From Rhizophagus irregularis (lineage: Eukaryota), in assembly GCF_026210795.1 (NCBI RefSeq), contig NC_089432.1, positions 1,116,001-1,180,000 of the forward strand: 64,000 nt of DNA, given 5' to 3'. A model generated the notes under the pieces. That model did no database searches. It was not told where the DNA came from and saw only the letters and a program-made list of their open reading frames with translations. Positions 37,705 through 49,300 of this stretch are shown here, one piece after another (within the stretch, counting starts at the first letter, position 1; every line of letters starts with the position of its first letter). The position numbers and the translations under genes were made by a program.

Positions 37705-38580
37705 TGTAAAATAATTTGAGAATAAGGAGAAGAGATAACAAAAAGAATTTTATTTTTATTTTTTTTTTACATATTTATATTAGTAATAGTGTTTTGCTGA
37801 TCATTTTTGTGTATTTATAGCAGATATTTAAAGTTAGTGCAGTAATTTGCTGATCATTTGTGGTAATACGATTCAAAGTAATAATAAAATCAGTTTTTGG
37901 GAAATAAGGAAAATGAAGTATAATATTGCTTAATAATTAGTGTTCAGCAAATTCACATGACAAGTATAAATAATCTAGAATAATGACTATAATCTGGCTT
38001 AGATTACACTTTATTTTTCAGCAAAAATTATGTGACAAGATATAAACCAATCAAAAATCAAAAAATAAATATCCTTTAAATAGTCAAATTGGCAGGTCTT
38101 TCCCAAGCACTGTTATTCAAAATACAGATTTTATATTTTTCCATGTCTTTCATTATTAAAATGTCTTTTGTTATATAATTCAGTATAAAAAAAATGTATT
38201 TACTTTTTTTTATAGATAACAAACAATTTATTGATCTTTATACTAATAAGTAGCTTTAATTTTGTGTAATATTTTGTAATCCAATTGATTTTTTTAAATT
38301 AATAATTGGTTTCTTTATTTAAATATTTTACAATCTTATATTGAATAAATATAGTAAAATAGTGTAATAAGAGCAATTTATAATTTTTCTAAAATTAACT
38401 TTTAATTTTCAGTAAACATATATCAGTCAAAAAATTGTTATTGAATCTTAACTACTTTTTGTACTAAATGTATATGGTATTTATTTTTAGCTACATAAAG
38501 TTGCAAATAAAGTAATATAGAATAGAACCTTTTATTTTTTACTCTTAATTCTATCAATAATAGAAATAATAAAATATAAT

Positions 38581-39567
38581 TTATTCCTTTAAAAGTTCAT
38601 TTAAACTTAGTTGAGCTTCTGTGAATCCTTGTTCAGCAGATTTTTTGTACCAGTAAATTGCATTATTAATATCCTTTTTAATTTCACTTCCGTTTTCATA
38701 CATCCATGCAAGAGTGTATTGAGCTGCACTATCTCCTAAATTTGCTGCTTTTTGATATAGTTCGAATGTTTTCTGCTTATCAACATTAGTTCCAATTCCC
38801 TTTTCATAACACAAACCTAAGTTATTCATTCCAGTCAAATTTCCTAAATCTGCTGCCTTTTGATATAATTCGAATGCTTTTTGTTTATTAACATCAGTAC
38901 CAATTCCCCAATTATAACAACAACCTAAGCTATTTATTCCATATGAATTCCCTAAATCTGCTGCTTTTTGATATGATTCAAATGCTTTTTGGTCATTGAC
39001 ATCGGTTCCAATTCCATCTTCATAACAATAACCTAAGTTATTACATCCAAATGCATAATCATCATCTGCTAATTTTTTTGATAATTCAAAAGCTAAATTG
39101 TAATTTTGAAAACTTTTTCCAAAAATATATTCATTAACAAGATTAAATTGAGCTACAATATTTTTTAATTCTGCAGCTTTTTGATATAATTCAATTGCTC
39201 TTTGTTTATTAACTTCATTTTCAATTCCATAATAATAAAAATATCCAAGTAAACAAATAGAATTAGAATTACTTTGGTCATTTAAAAGGTAATTATATAA
39301 AGTTATCTTATGATTATCAATAAAATCAAGAACAATTTTTTTCACTACTATATTATCTTCTCCTTTATTTAGTTCCTTAAAAATAATATCAACCAATTCA
39401 TCAATTAAAATACTCAAATCTCCTTCAAAAATATAATCATATATAATAGGTTCGATTTCTTTTAAATTCATTTTATCAAAATTTTGAATTATTTGAGAAA
39501 ATTCATGTAATAAATTATTAGTGTTCGAAAAATTATTATTTTCAGAATAAATTTGTTTATTAGACAT
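38581..39567 (-). CDS. Kinase-less SLR protein, 6 SLRs (tandem array unit)
   Basis: ATG at 39567 (MSNKQI). Confidence 0.92.
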   Translation of the reverse strand: MSNKQIYSENNNFSNTNNLLHEFSQIIQNFDKMNLKEIEPIIYDYIFEGDLSILIDELVDIIFKELNKGEDNIVVKKIVLDFIDNHKITLYNYLLNDQSNSNSICLLGYFYYYGIENEVNKQRAIELYQKAAELKNIVAQFNLVNEYIFGKSFQNYNLAFELSKKLADDDYAFGCNNLGYCYEDGIGTDVNDQKAFESYQKAADLGNSYGINSLGCCYNWGIGTDVNKQKAFELYQKAADLGNLTGMNNLGLCYEKGIGTNVDKQKTFELYQKAANLGDSAAQYTLAWMYENGSEIKKDINNAIYWYKKSAEQGFTEAQLSLNELLKE

Positions 39568-40584
39568 TGTAAAATAATTCAAGAATAAGGAAAAGAATTT
39601 TATTTTTATTTCTCTTTCACAACATATTTATATTAGTAATAGTGTTTGTTGATCATTTTTTGTGTATTTATAATCAGGTATTTAAAGTTAGTGCAGTAAT
39701 TTGCTGATCATTTGTGGTAATATGATTCAAAGTAATAAAAAATCAGTTGTTGGGAAATATAAGAAATAAGGAATATGAAGTATAATATCGCTTAATAAAT
39801 CAGTATTTGGTAAATTCACATGAAAAATATAAATAATCTAGAATAATGTTGGTAAGCACTATAATCTGATCTACATTACTTCATTTTTCGGCAAAAAATT
39901 ATGTGATAAGATATAAACCCAATCAAAAATCAAAAAATAAAAATCCTTCAAATAGTCAAATTGGCAGGTTTTTCCCAAACACTGTTATTCAAAATACAGA
40001 TTTTGCATTTTCCATGTCTTTCATTATAAATATGTCTTTTGTTATTAAATTCAGTATAAAAAAAAATGTATTCACTTTTATTTATAGATAACAATACAAT
40101 TTATTGATCTCAATGCTGAAATAATTTCAGTGTTCAATTAATTCCTTAATAGTTAACTTTAATTTTATGTAATATTTTGTAATCCAACAATAAATATATA
40201 TGTTAGTGTTAAAAGAGTTTTTATTTTTTTTAAATTAATAATTGATTTCTCTATTTAAATATTTTACAATATTATATAGAATAAATTTAGTGAAATAGTA
40301 TAATAAGAGCAATTTATAATTTTTCTAAAATTAATTTTTATTTCAAGCTGGTTTGAATATTTATTACTCAATTATATATAGGAAACCTTTTTAAGTAAAC
40401 ATATATCAGACAAAAAATTGTTGTTATAATTTAACTACTTTTTTGTACTAAATGTTTATGGTATATATTTTTAGCTAATAATATACTTCATAAAGTTTTC
40501 ATATGTGCAAATAAAGTAATATAGATTAAAACCTTTTATTTTTTGCTCCTAATTCTTCCAATAATAGAAATAATAAAATATATT

Positions 40585-41571
40585 TTATTCCTTTAAAAGT
40601 TTATTTAAATTTTGTTGAGAATCTGTATATCCTTGTTTAGCAGATTTTTTGTACCAATAAATTGCATTATTAATATCCTTTTTAACTTCACTTCCATTTT
40701 CATACATCCAGGCAAGACTATATTGAGCTGTACTATTTCCTAAATTTGCCGCTTTTTGATATAATTCAAATCCCTTCTGCTTATTAATATTAGTTCCAAT
40801 TCCATCATAATAGCATCCTATTAAGTTAAGCATTGCAGTTGTATTTTCTAAATCTGCTGCTTTTTGATATAATTCAAATGCTTTTTGTTTATTAACATTG
40901 GTTCCAATTCCCCATTTATAACAATAACCTAAGTTATTTATTCCATATGAATTCCCTAAATCTGCTGCTTTTTGATATAATTCAAATGCCTTTTGGTCAT
41001 TGACATCGGTTCCAATTCCATTTTCATAACAATAACCTAAATTATTGTATCCATATGCATAATTATCATCTGCTAATTTTTTTGATAATTCAAAAGCTAA
41101 ATTTTTGTTTTGAAAACTTTTTCCAAAAATATATTCATTAGAAAGATTAAATTGAGCTACAATATTTTCTAATTCTGCAGCTTGTTGATATAATTCAATT
41201 GCTCTTTGTTCATTAACTTCAGTTTCAATTCCATAATAATAAAAATATCCAAGTAAACAAATAGAATTTGATTTATTTTGGTCATTTAAGAGGTAGTTGT
41301 ATAAAACTATTTTATGATTATTAATAAAATCAAGAATATGTTTCTTTATTACTATTTTATCTTCTCCTTTATTTAGTTCCTTAAAAATAAGGTCAACCAA
41401 TTCATCAATTAAAATACTTAAATCTCCTTCAAAAATATAATCAATCATAATAGGTTCGATTTCTTTTAAATTCATTTTATCAAAATTTTGAATTATATAA
41501 GAAAATTCATGTAATAAATTATTAGTGATTGAAAAATTGTTAGTTTTAGAATCAATTTGTTTATTAGACAT
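40585..41571 (-). CDS. Kinase-less SLR protein, 6 SLRs (tandem array unit)
   Basis: ATG at 41571 (MSNKQI). Confidence 0.92.
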   Translation of the reverse strand: MSNKQIDSKTNNFSITNNLLHEFSYIIQNFDKMNLKEIEPIMIDYIFEGDLSILIDELVDLIFKELNKGEDKIVIKKHILDFINNHKIVLYNYLLNDQNKSNSICLLGYFYYYGIETEVNEQRAIELYQQAAELENIVAQFNLSNEYIFGKSFQNKNLAFELSKKLADDNYAYGYNNLGYCYENGIGTDVNDQKAFELYQKAADLGNSYGINNLGYCYKWGIGTNVNKQKAFELYQKAADLENTTAMLNLIGCYYDGIGTNINKQKGFELYQKAANLGNSTAQYSLAWMYENGSEVKKDINNAIYWYKKSAKQGYTDSQQNLNKLLKE

Positions 41572-42521
41572 TGTAAAATAATTCAAGAATAAGGAAAAAG
41601 AATTTTATTTTTATTTTTTTTTTCACAACATATTTATATTAGTAATAGTGTTTTGTTGATCAATTTTTATGTATTTATATCAAGTATTTAAAGTTAGTGC
41701 AATTGCTGATCATTTGTTTCAAAGTAATAAGAAATTCAGATCACCAGTTGTAATAACTATGTAGTAATAAATGCTATTTTTACTTACCTAAATGCTTTAT
41801 TCTATCTACTTGTTAGAAGTGTTAAATGATAAATGATAAGTAACTTATTTACACCTATAAAAAAAGTATTTATATTTTTAGTAAGAATTATATTAAATTC
41901 TGATTTATTATGTAATATTATATTTCATTTTTCTTTATTTTTTATATTTCCCTTCCTAGTGTATAAGACAAATGTCTTAAAAATACAAATGGTTCAAATG
42001 ACAAAATATAAATAATCTGGATCATTTGAAAACAATGTAAATAATGTTGGTCAGCATACTAATTCTGGCTTACATTACACTTTATTTTCAACAAAAATTA
42101 TGTAATAAGATATTGATCAAAAGATAAAAATCCTTTAAATAGTCAAATGGCCAAGTTTTTTCTAAATTCTGTTATTTAAAATACAGATTTTATATTTTCT
42201 CATGTCCCTCATTATAACAAAGATGTCTTTTATTATATAAACTCTGTATTTGTAACTTAAAAACAGTATGTTAGTCTTAAAAGAATTTTGATTTTTGGTA
42301 AAGATTTATTTAATTAAATATTTTAAATATTATATAGAATAAATCGGGATTTAGTAAGATAATGTGATAAAAGCAAATAAGCAATCATAATTTTCTAAAA
42401 ATAAGTATTTTTAAATAAATTTGCTGGTTTAGATTTATATTGCTTACTTATATGAAACTTTTTAATTTAATGGAAATAAGCATGTCTTGGATATTAGACA
42501 AAAGCCTGTTAAATAATATTT

Positions 42522-42824
42522 GTTATCCAGCCAAGTAGGATCATGTCATTTTATCAAATTGATATCTTTTAGATAAACCATTATAGCAGACATTTTTGAT
42601 GCATTACTATATTATTTAGATCAAATATCACATATAATAGTTTTATAGGCAAAATACCTAACTATTATTTACTATGCTAATTAATAAGCTTGTAGAGTTC
42701 ATTTAATATTTTACTAATTTTGAACATCTGTATAATAATACAGTTATTTATATGGCAGCTGAAATATCATCCATAATGCTTCAAAGTTCAGTGATATGTT
42801 AACTTCCCTACCAATATATTATTT
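42522..42824. mobile_element. Second insertion of the same TIR-less family
   Basis: Interrupts aatattt|attgaa seen in sister spacers (44981, 36170); TATTT direct repeat; starts GTTATCCAGCCAAGTAGGATCATG. Confidence 0.6.
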
Positions 42825-43040
42825 ATTGAAATTTAATGCTTTTTGTACCAAATGTTCATGATATTTATTTAATAATATACTTTTTAAAGTTTTACATGTG
42901 CAATAATAAAGTATAGATTTTTATTCAATTTATTATCTAATGAAGTAATAATTACAAAATAATTTAGATTATGAATTATTTTAAGACCCCCTTATTTTTT
43001 ACTTCTCATTCTACAAATAATAGAAATAATAAAATATATT

Positions 43041-44135
43041 TTATTCTTTTAAAAGTTCTTTTAATTTTAGTTGAGCTTCTGTATGTCCTTGTTTAGCAGA
43101 TTTTTTGTACCAATAAATTGCATTATTAATATCCTTTTTAACTTCACTTCCATTTTCATACATCCAAGCAAGACTATATTGAGCTGTACTATTTCCTAAA
43201 TTTGCTGCTTTTTGATATAATTCAAATACCTTCTGCTTATCAATATTAGTTCCAATTCCTTCATAATAGCATTCTATTAAATTAAATATTGCAGTTATAT
43301 TTTCCAAATCTGCTGCTTTTTGATATAATTCAAATGCTTTTTGTTCATTAACATTAGTTCCAATTCCTTCTCTATAACACCAAGCTAAGTTATTTATTCC
43401 AATTGTATTTCCAAAATCTGCTGCTTTCTGAAATGATTCAAAGACCTTCTGTGTATTAATATCAGTTCCAATTCCATCATAATAACACCAACCTAAGTTA
43501 TTTATTCCACCAACATTTCCTAAATCTGCTGCTTTTTGATATAATTCAATTGCTCGTTGTTCATTAACTTCAGTTTCAATACCATTTTCATAACAATAAC
43601 CTAAGTTATTACATCCATATGCATAATCATCATATGCTAATTTTTTTGATAATTCAAAAGCTAAATTATAGTTTTGAAAACTTTTTCCAAAAATATATTC
43701 ATTGACAAGATTAAATTGAGCTACAATATTTCCTAATACTGCAGCTTCTTGATATAATTCAATTGCTCTTTGTTCATTAACTTCAGTTTCAATTCCATAA
43801 TAATAAAAATATCCAAGTAAACAAATAGAATTTGATTTACTTTGGTCATTTAAGAGGTAATTATATAAAACTATTTTATGATTATTAATAAATTCAAGAA
43901 CATGTTTTTTTATTACTATTCTATCTTCTCCTTTATTTAGTTCTTTAAAAATAAGGTCAACCAATCCGTCAATTACAATACTTAAATCTCCTTCAAAAAT
44001 ATAATCATTTATAATAGGTTCGATTTCTTTTAAATTCAATTTATCAAAGTTTTGAATTATTTGAGAAAATTCTTGTAATAAACTATTAGTAATTGAAGAA
44101 TTGTTAGATTTTGAATCAATTTGTTTATTTGACAT
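43041..44135 (-). CDS. Kinase-less SLR protein, 7 SLRs (tandem array unit)
   Basis: ATG at 44135 (MSNKQI). Confidence 0.92.
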   Translation of the reverse strand: MSNKQIDSKSNNSSITNSLLQEFSQIIQNFDKLNLKEIEPIINDYIFEGDLSIVIDGLVDLIFKELNKGEDRIVIKKHVLEFINNHKIVLYNYLLNDQSKSNSICLLGYFYYYGIETEVNEQRAIELYQEAAVLGNIVAQFNLVNEYIFGKSFQNYNLAFELSKKLAYDDYAYGCNNLGYCYENGIETEVNEQRAIELYQKAADLGNVGGINNLGWCYYDGIGTDINTQKVFESFQKAADFGNTIGINNLAWCYREGIGTNVNEQKAFELYQKAADLENITAIFNLIECYYEGIGTNIDKQKVFELYQKAANLGNSTAQYSLAWMYENGSEVKKDINNAIYWYKKSAKQGHTEAQLKLKELLKE

Positions 44136-45126
44136 TGTAAAATAATTTAAGAATAAGGAAAAGATAACAAAAAGAATTTCATTTTTTATTTTTTTTTTCA
44201 CAACATATTTATATTAGTAATAGTGTTTTGTTGATCATTTTTTGTGTATTTATGACAGATATTTAAAGTTAGTGCAGTGATTTTGCTGATCATTTGTCAT
44301 AGTACGATTCAAAGTAATAAAAATCAGTTGTTTGGAAATATAAGAAATAAGAAAAATGAAGTATAATACTATTTAATAAATCAATGTTTGGCAAATTCAC
44401 GACAGATATAAATAATCTAGAATAATGATAATAAGCACTATAATCTGACCTACATTACACTTTATTTTTCAGAAAAAATTATGTGATAAGATATAAACCC
44501 AATCAAAAATCAAAAAATAAATCCTTTAAATAGTCGTATGGTCTGGTCTTTCCCAAACACTGTTATTCAAAATACAGATTTACATTTTTCCATGTCTTTC
44601 ATCATAGAAATATGTATAAAAAAAACCGTATTTACTTATTTTTATAGATAACAAAACAATTTATTGATTTCAATGCTGGAATAATTTCAGTATTCAATTA
44701 ATTCCTTAATGGGTAATTTTTATTTTATGTAATATTTTGTAACCCAACAATAAGTATATATGTTAGTGTAAAAAGAGTTTTGATTTTTTAAATTAATAAT
44801 TGATTTTTTATTTAAATATTTTAGAAAAACTGGTATTTAATAAACTAGTGTAATAAAGTAATTTATAATTTTCCTAAAATTAATTTTATTTCAAAGAAAA
44901 TTTGCTGGTTGACAAATCTTTATTACTCAATTATATATAGGAAACCTTTTGAATGGAAATAAATAAACATAATTTGTTAAGTAATATTTATTGAATTTTA
45001 ACTACTTTTTATACTAAATGTTCATGATCTATTTTTAGCTAATAATATACTTCATAAAGTTTCATAGATTAAAACCTTTTATTTTTTACTCATAATTGTA
45101 CAAATAATAGAAATAATAAATATATT

Positions 45127-46006
45127 TTATTCCTTTAAAAGTTCATTTAAACTTAATTGAGCTTCTGTATATCCTTGTTCAGCAGATTTTTTGTACCAAT
45201 AAATTGCATTATTAATATCCTTTACAACTTCACTTCCATTTTCATACATCCAAGCAAGACTATATTGAGCTGTACTATTTCCTAAATTTGCTGCTTTTTT
45301 ATATAATTCAAATACCTTCTGCTTATTAATATTAGTTCCAATTCCTTCATAATAGCATTCTATTAAGTTAAATATTGCAGTTATACTTTCAAAATCTGCT
45401 GCTTTTTGATATGATTCAAATGCTTTTTGACTATTGATATCAGTTCCAATTCCATTTTCATAACAATAACCTAAATTATTGCATCCATATGCATAATCAT
45501 CATCTGCTAATTTTTTTGATAATTCAAAAGCTAAATATTGATTTTGAAAACTTTTTCCAAAAATATATTCATTAGCAAGATTAAATTGAGCTACAATATT
45601 TTCTAATTCTGCAGCTTCTTGATATAATTCAATTGCTCTTTGTTCATTAACTTCAGTTTCAATTCCATAATAATAAAAATATCCAAGTAAACAAATAGAA
45701 TTTGATTTACTTTGGTCATTTAAGAGGTAATTGTATAAAACTATTTTATGATTATTAATAAATTCAAGAACATGTTTTTTTATTATTATTTTGTCTTCTC
45801 CTTTATTTAGTTCTTTAAAAATAAGGTCAACCAATCCGTCAATTACAATACTTAAATCTCCTTCAAAAATATAATCATTTATAATAGGTTCGATTTCTTT
45901 TAAATTCAATTTATCAAAGTTTTGAATTATTTGAGAAAATTCAAGTAATAAATTATTAGTGATTAAAGAATTATCAGTTTTAGAATCAAATTTGTTTATC
46001 AGACAT
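45127..46006 (-). pseudogene. SLR gene, 5 SLRs, +1 frameshift right after the start
   Basis: Paralog ATG at 46006 reads ATG TCT GAT AAA CAA ATT TGA; the ORF track uses TTG; the rest is intact. Confidence 0.75.
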
Positions 46007-47099
46007 TGCAAAATAATTTAAGAATAAGGAGAAAAGATAACAAAAAGAATTTTTTTTTTTTCACAACATATTTATATTAGTAAGTGTTTTGCTGATCATT
46101 TTTGTGTATTTATAGCAGATATTTAAAGTTAATGTGGCAATTTGTTGATCATTGACCCAAGTTGTAATTATTTAATAGACGCTTATATTGTCTACCTAAA
46201 TGAAGCAGCAATTATAACATACTTTATTTTTCCATTTATAATTGTTAGATATACTAGATAAATAATTTAACCCTATAAAAAAAAACAAGTACATAAAACA
46301 TAATTCTCAGTGTAATTAATATAGTAAGAAATATAAGAGATAAAGAGAAATGAAATATAATTTAGATTAATATTGATTAGAAACAATTCTGGCTTATATT
46401 ACACTTTAATTTTTTTTTGTTTTTCAAATAAAATTATGGGATAAATTATTAACTAATTGAAATCAATAGACAAAATTTAAAATTTCTTTAAATGAACAAA
46501 ATTACCACACAAATCCTGTTATTCAAAATATAAGATTAGTATGCATTTTCCATATTTCTTATTATAAAAAGATGCTTTCAGTATACAAACCCAGTATAAA
46601 AAATGCATTAACTTTTTTATAGGGTAATAAAAATTACAACAAAAGTGTCAAAATAACTTCAGTATTTTGATTAATTTCTTAATAGGTAACTTTAATTCTG
46701 CTTAAGATTTGTAATCCAACAATTAATATGTTAGAGAGATTTGATTTTTTGGTAAATAAATTAAATAAATTTAATAAATGTATTGCGTTCTTTATTTAAA
46801 TATTTCAGTTTTAATAAGGTGGTTAAAAGCAATTTATAATTTTCCTAAAAATATTTTTTTTAAAAAAAAAAAAAATTCTGGCTTAAATCTTTTACCCAAT
46901 AATATAGAAGACTTTTTAAAGTGAATGGAAATAAGCATATTTTAGACATGTTTTTTAGCTAATAATATACTTTATAGTTTCACATATGGTAATAAGGCAT
47001 AGGTTTTATTTAAATAAAGTAATAAATACAAAATAATTTGTATAAATAAATAATTATAAAACCATTTATTTTTAATCCCAATTCTTCCAACAATATAAT

Positions 47100-48167
47100 T
47101 TATTTCTTTGAAAGTACTTTTAATTTTAATTGAGCACCTGTATTTTCTTGTTTAGCAGATTTTTTGTACCAATAAATTGCATTATTAATATCCTTTTTAA
47201 CTTCATTTCCATTTTCGTACATCTTAGCAAGATAATATTGAGCTGCACTATTTCCTAAATTTGCTGCTTTATGATATAATTCAAATACTTTCTGTTTATT
47301 AATATTAGTTCCAATTCCTCCATTATAACAACTTATTAAGTTAAATATTGCAGTTATATTTCCTAAATCTGCTGCTTTTTGATGCAATTCAAATGCTTTT
47401 TGTTCATTAATATTAGTTCCAATTCCTTCTCTATAACACCAACCTAAGTTATTTATTCCATATGAATTCCTTAAATCCGCCGCTTTCTGAAATGATTCAA
47501 AAACTTTTTGTATATTAACATCAGTTCCAATTCCATCATAATAACACCAACCCAAGTTATTTAATCCGTTAATATTTCCTAGATCTGCTGCTTTTTGATA
47601 TAATTCAAATGCTTTTTGGTTATTAATATCAGTTCCAATTCCATTTTCATAACAATAACCTAAGTTATTACATCCATATGCATAATTATCATCTGCTAAT
47701 TTTTTCGATAATTCAAAAGCAACGCGACTGTAATAGGTTTCAAGGACTTTTCTAGAAGTATATTCATTAACAAGATTAAATTGAGCTACTCTATTTTCTA
47801 AATTTGCAGCTTTTTGATATAATTCAATTGCTCTTTGCTCATTAACTTCATTTTCAATTCCATAACAATAAAAATATCCAAGTAAACAAATAGAATTTGA
47901 ATTACTTTGGTCATTTAAAAGGTAATTATATAAAGTTATCTTATGGTTTTTAATAAAATCAAGAACAATTTTTTTTACCACTATATTATCTTCTCCTTGA
48001 TTTAGTTCCTTAAAAATAAGGTCAACTAATACATCAATTACAATACTTAACTCTCCTTCAAAAATATGATCGTTTATAATAGGTTCGATTTCTTTTAAAT
48101 TCATTTTATCAAAATTTTGAATTATTTGAGGATTGTTAGTTTTCGAATCAATTTGATTATTTGGCAT
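47100..48167 (-). CDS. Kinase-less SLR protein, 7 SLRs (tandem array unit)
   Basis: 355-aa ORF. Confidence 0.92.
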   Translation of the reverse strand: MPNNQIDSKTNNPQIIQNFDKMNLKEIEPIINDHIFEGELSIVIDVLVDLIFKELNQGEDNIVVKKIVLDFIKNHKITLYNYLLNDQSNSNSICLLGYFYCYGIENEVNEQRAIELYQKAANLENRVAQFNLVNEYTSRKVLETYYSRVAFELSKKLADDNYAYGCNNLGYCYENGIGTDINNQKAFELYQKAADLGNINGLNNLGWCYYDGIGTDVNIQKVFESFQKAADLRNSYGINNLGWCYREGIGTNINEQKAFELHQKAADLGNITAIFNLISCYNGGIGTNINKQKVFELYHKAANLGNSAAQYYLAKMYENGNEVKKDINNAIYWYKKSAKQENTGAQLKLKVLSKK

Positions 48168-48653
48168 TGTGAAATAATTTAAATTTGAGGAATTAAAAAA
48201 AGTTTTAATATTTCACAACATATTTATTTATATAATACCGGTTTGTTGATCACTTTTTGTGCCTCCATAGTAAATATATAAAGCTAGTATAATTTGCCGA
48301 TCAGTGGTGATTAAGCAGGAAAAAATTCTTTGAAATAAATCCAATAAAAATTTCAGTTAACCATTCTAACCAAACAATTATGAATAGTGGAAAAAATTTT
48401 TATTTTATAGATTAAACATTTATTTAAAAAAAAATTGCTAGGGAGCATAAAGCACGTACAGTATATAAACATAAAATAAGCATAGAATAAAATAACACAT
48501 AGTAGAAACAAGATGGTATAATCTCGGAAATTTCTTCATTATACTAAAAAACTAAATGACCATTCAATTATTTTACTGATACTAAAATATTATTAACAAT
48601 AACTTACCCTGATTTATATTACAAAAAGCCATATTTACTTTCTGGATTCCTAC

Positions 48654-48834
48654 AGACCCTGAGCAATATATAAATAGGTCATAGGAAATTAGCAAAAATT
48701 AATTTACTATTAGCTCTACGCATTTTTTCAGGGCCAGAATTATGATAATGTCAGTCAGATATTAAAATAAGTAATAAAATTTTGACCAACATTATCGAAA
48801 ATTATCCGTTACCTATTTCAGTGTTGCTCGTCCT
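48654..48834. mobile_element. Internally deleted 'AGGACCC' MITE copy
   Basis: GAGCAATATATAAATAGGTCATAGGAAATTAGCAAA...TTTTTCAGGGCCAGAATTATGATAATG...TTGCTCGTCCT, close to the 16089 copy. Confidence 0.7.
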
Positions 48835-49039
48835 ACTCCTTTAGCTCTTTTAAAGTAAGAAAAATGATCACGTGTCTGAGTTTCCTCGGAATAAAAACTA
48901 GAAAAATGATCATTTACCGGAATTTTTTCCAGAATTTTTTTGCATTTTAATTCGGTAAAACGTAAACGATAGGAATTGGAAATAATTTTATGATACTAAT
49001 AACACATTTGACTATAGGAAAAAGTTAATTTTATTTTAC

Positions 49040-49300
49040 ATTTAAAGTTAATAGATTGACTTCTTAAGTACATTGCAGATTTAATCATGCAACTTAAAGG
49101 TCTGCTCATAATGAATGGCACCAGGGTCATTTATTCTTACTGGTCCGATGTCTGGTGATTTCATAATTTTTGTTGGATACTATAATTGGAATTTTGCCAT
49201 TTATTAGTTCTCATTTATCAATTATTTCAAATATGAAGTATCAGCAGCTGTCTTGCCAACAATCTTTCATTAACTCAATATATCCTTCAAGTGCATTAGT
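49040..49300 (-). pseudogene. Protein kinase C-terminal remnant (different subfamily from the 20084 kinase)
   Basis: Reads TNALEGYIELMKDCW...KIMKSPDIGPVRINDPGAI..SRPLSCMIKSAMYLRSQSI across frameshifts; YIELMxxCW is kinase subdomain XI. Confidence 0.7.

Noticed and set aside
34012..49300. SLR units as alternative last exons spliced to a shared kinase (protocadherin/Dscam-like)
   Set aside because: The intact kinase is on the opposite strand; the same-strand kinase piece is a decayed tail of another subfamily; each unit has its own ATG and upstream module
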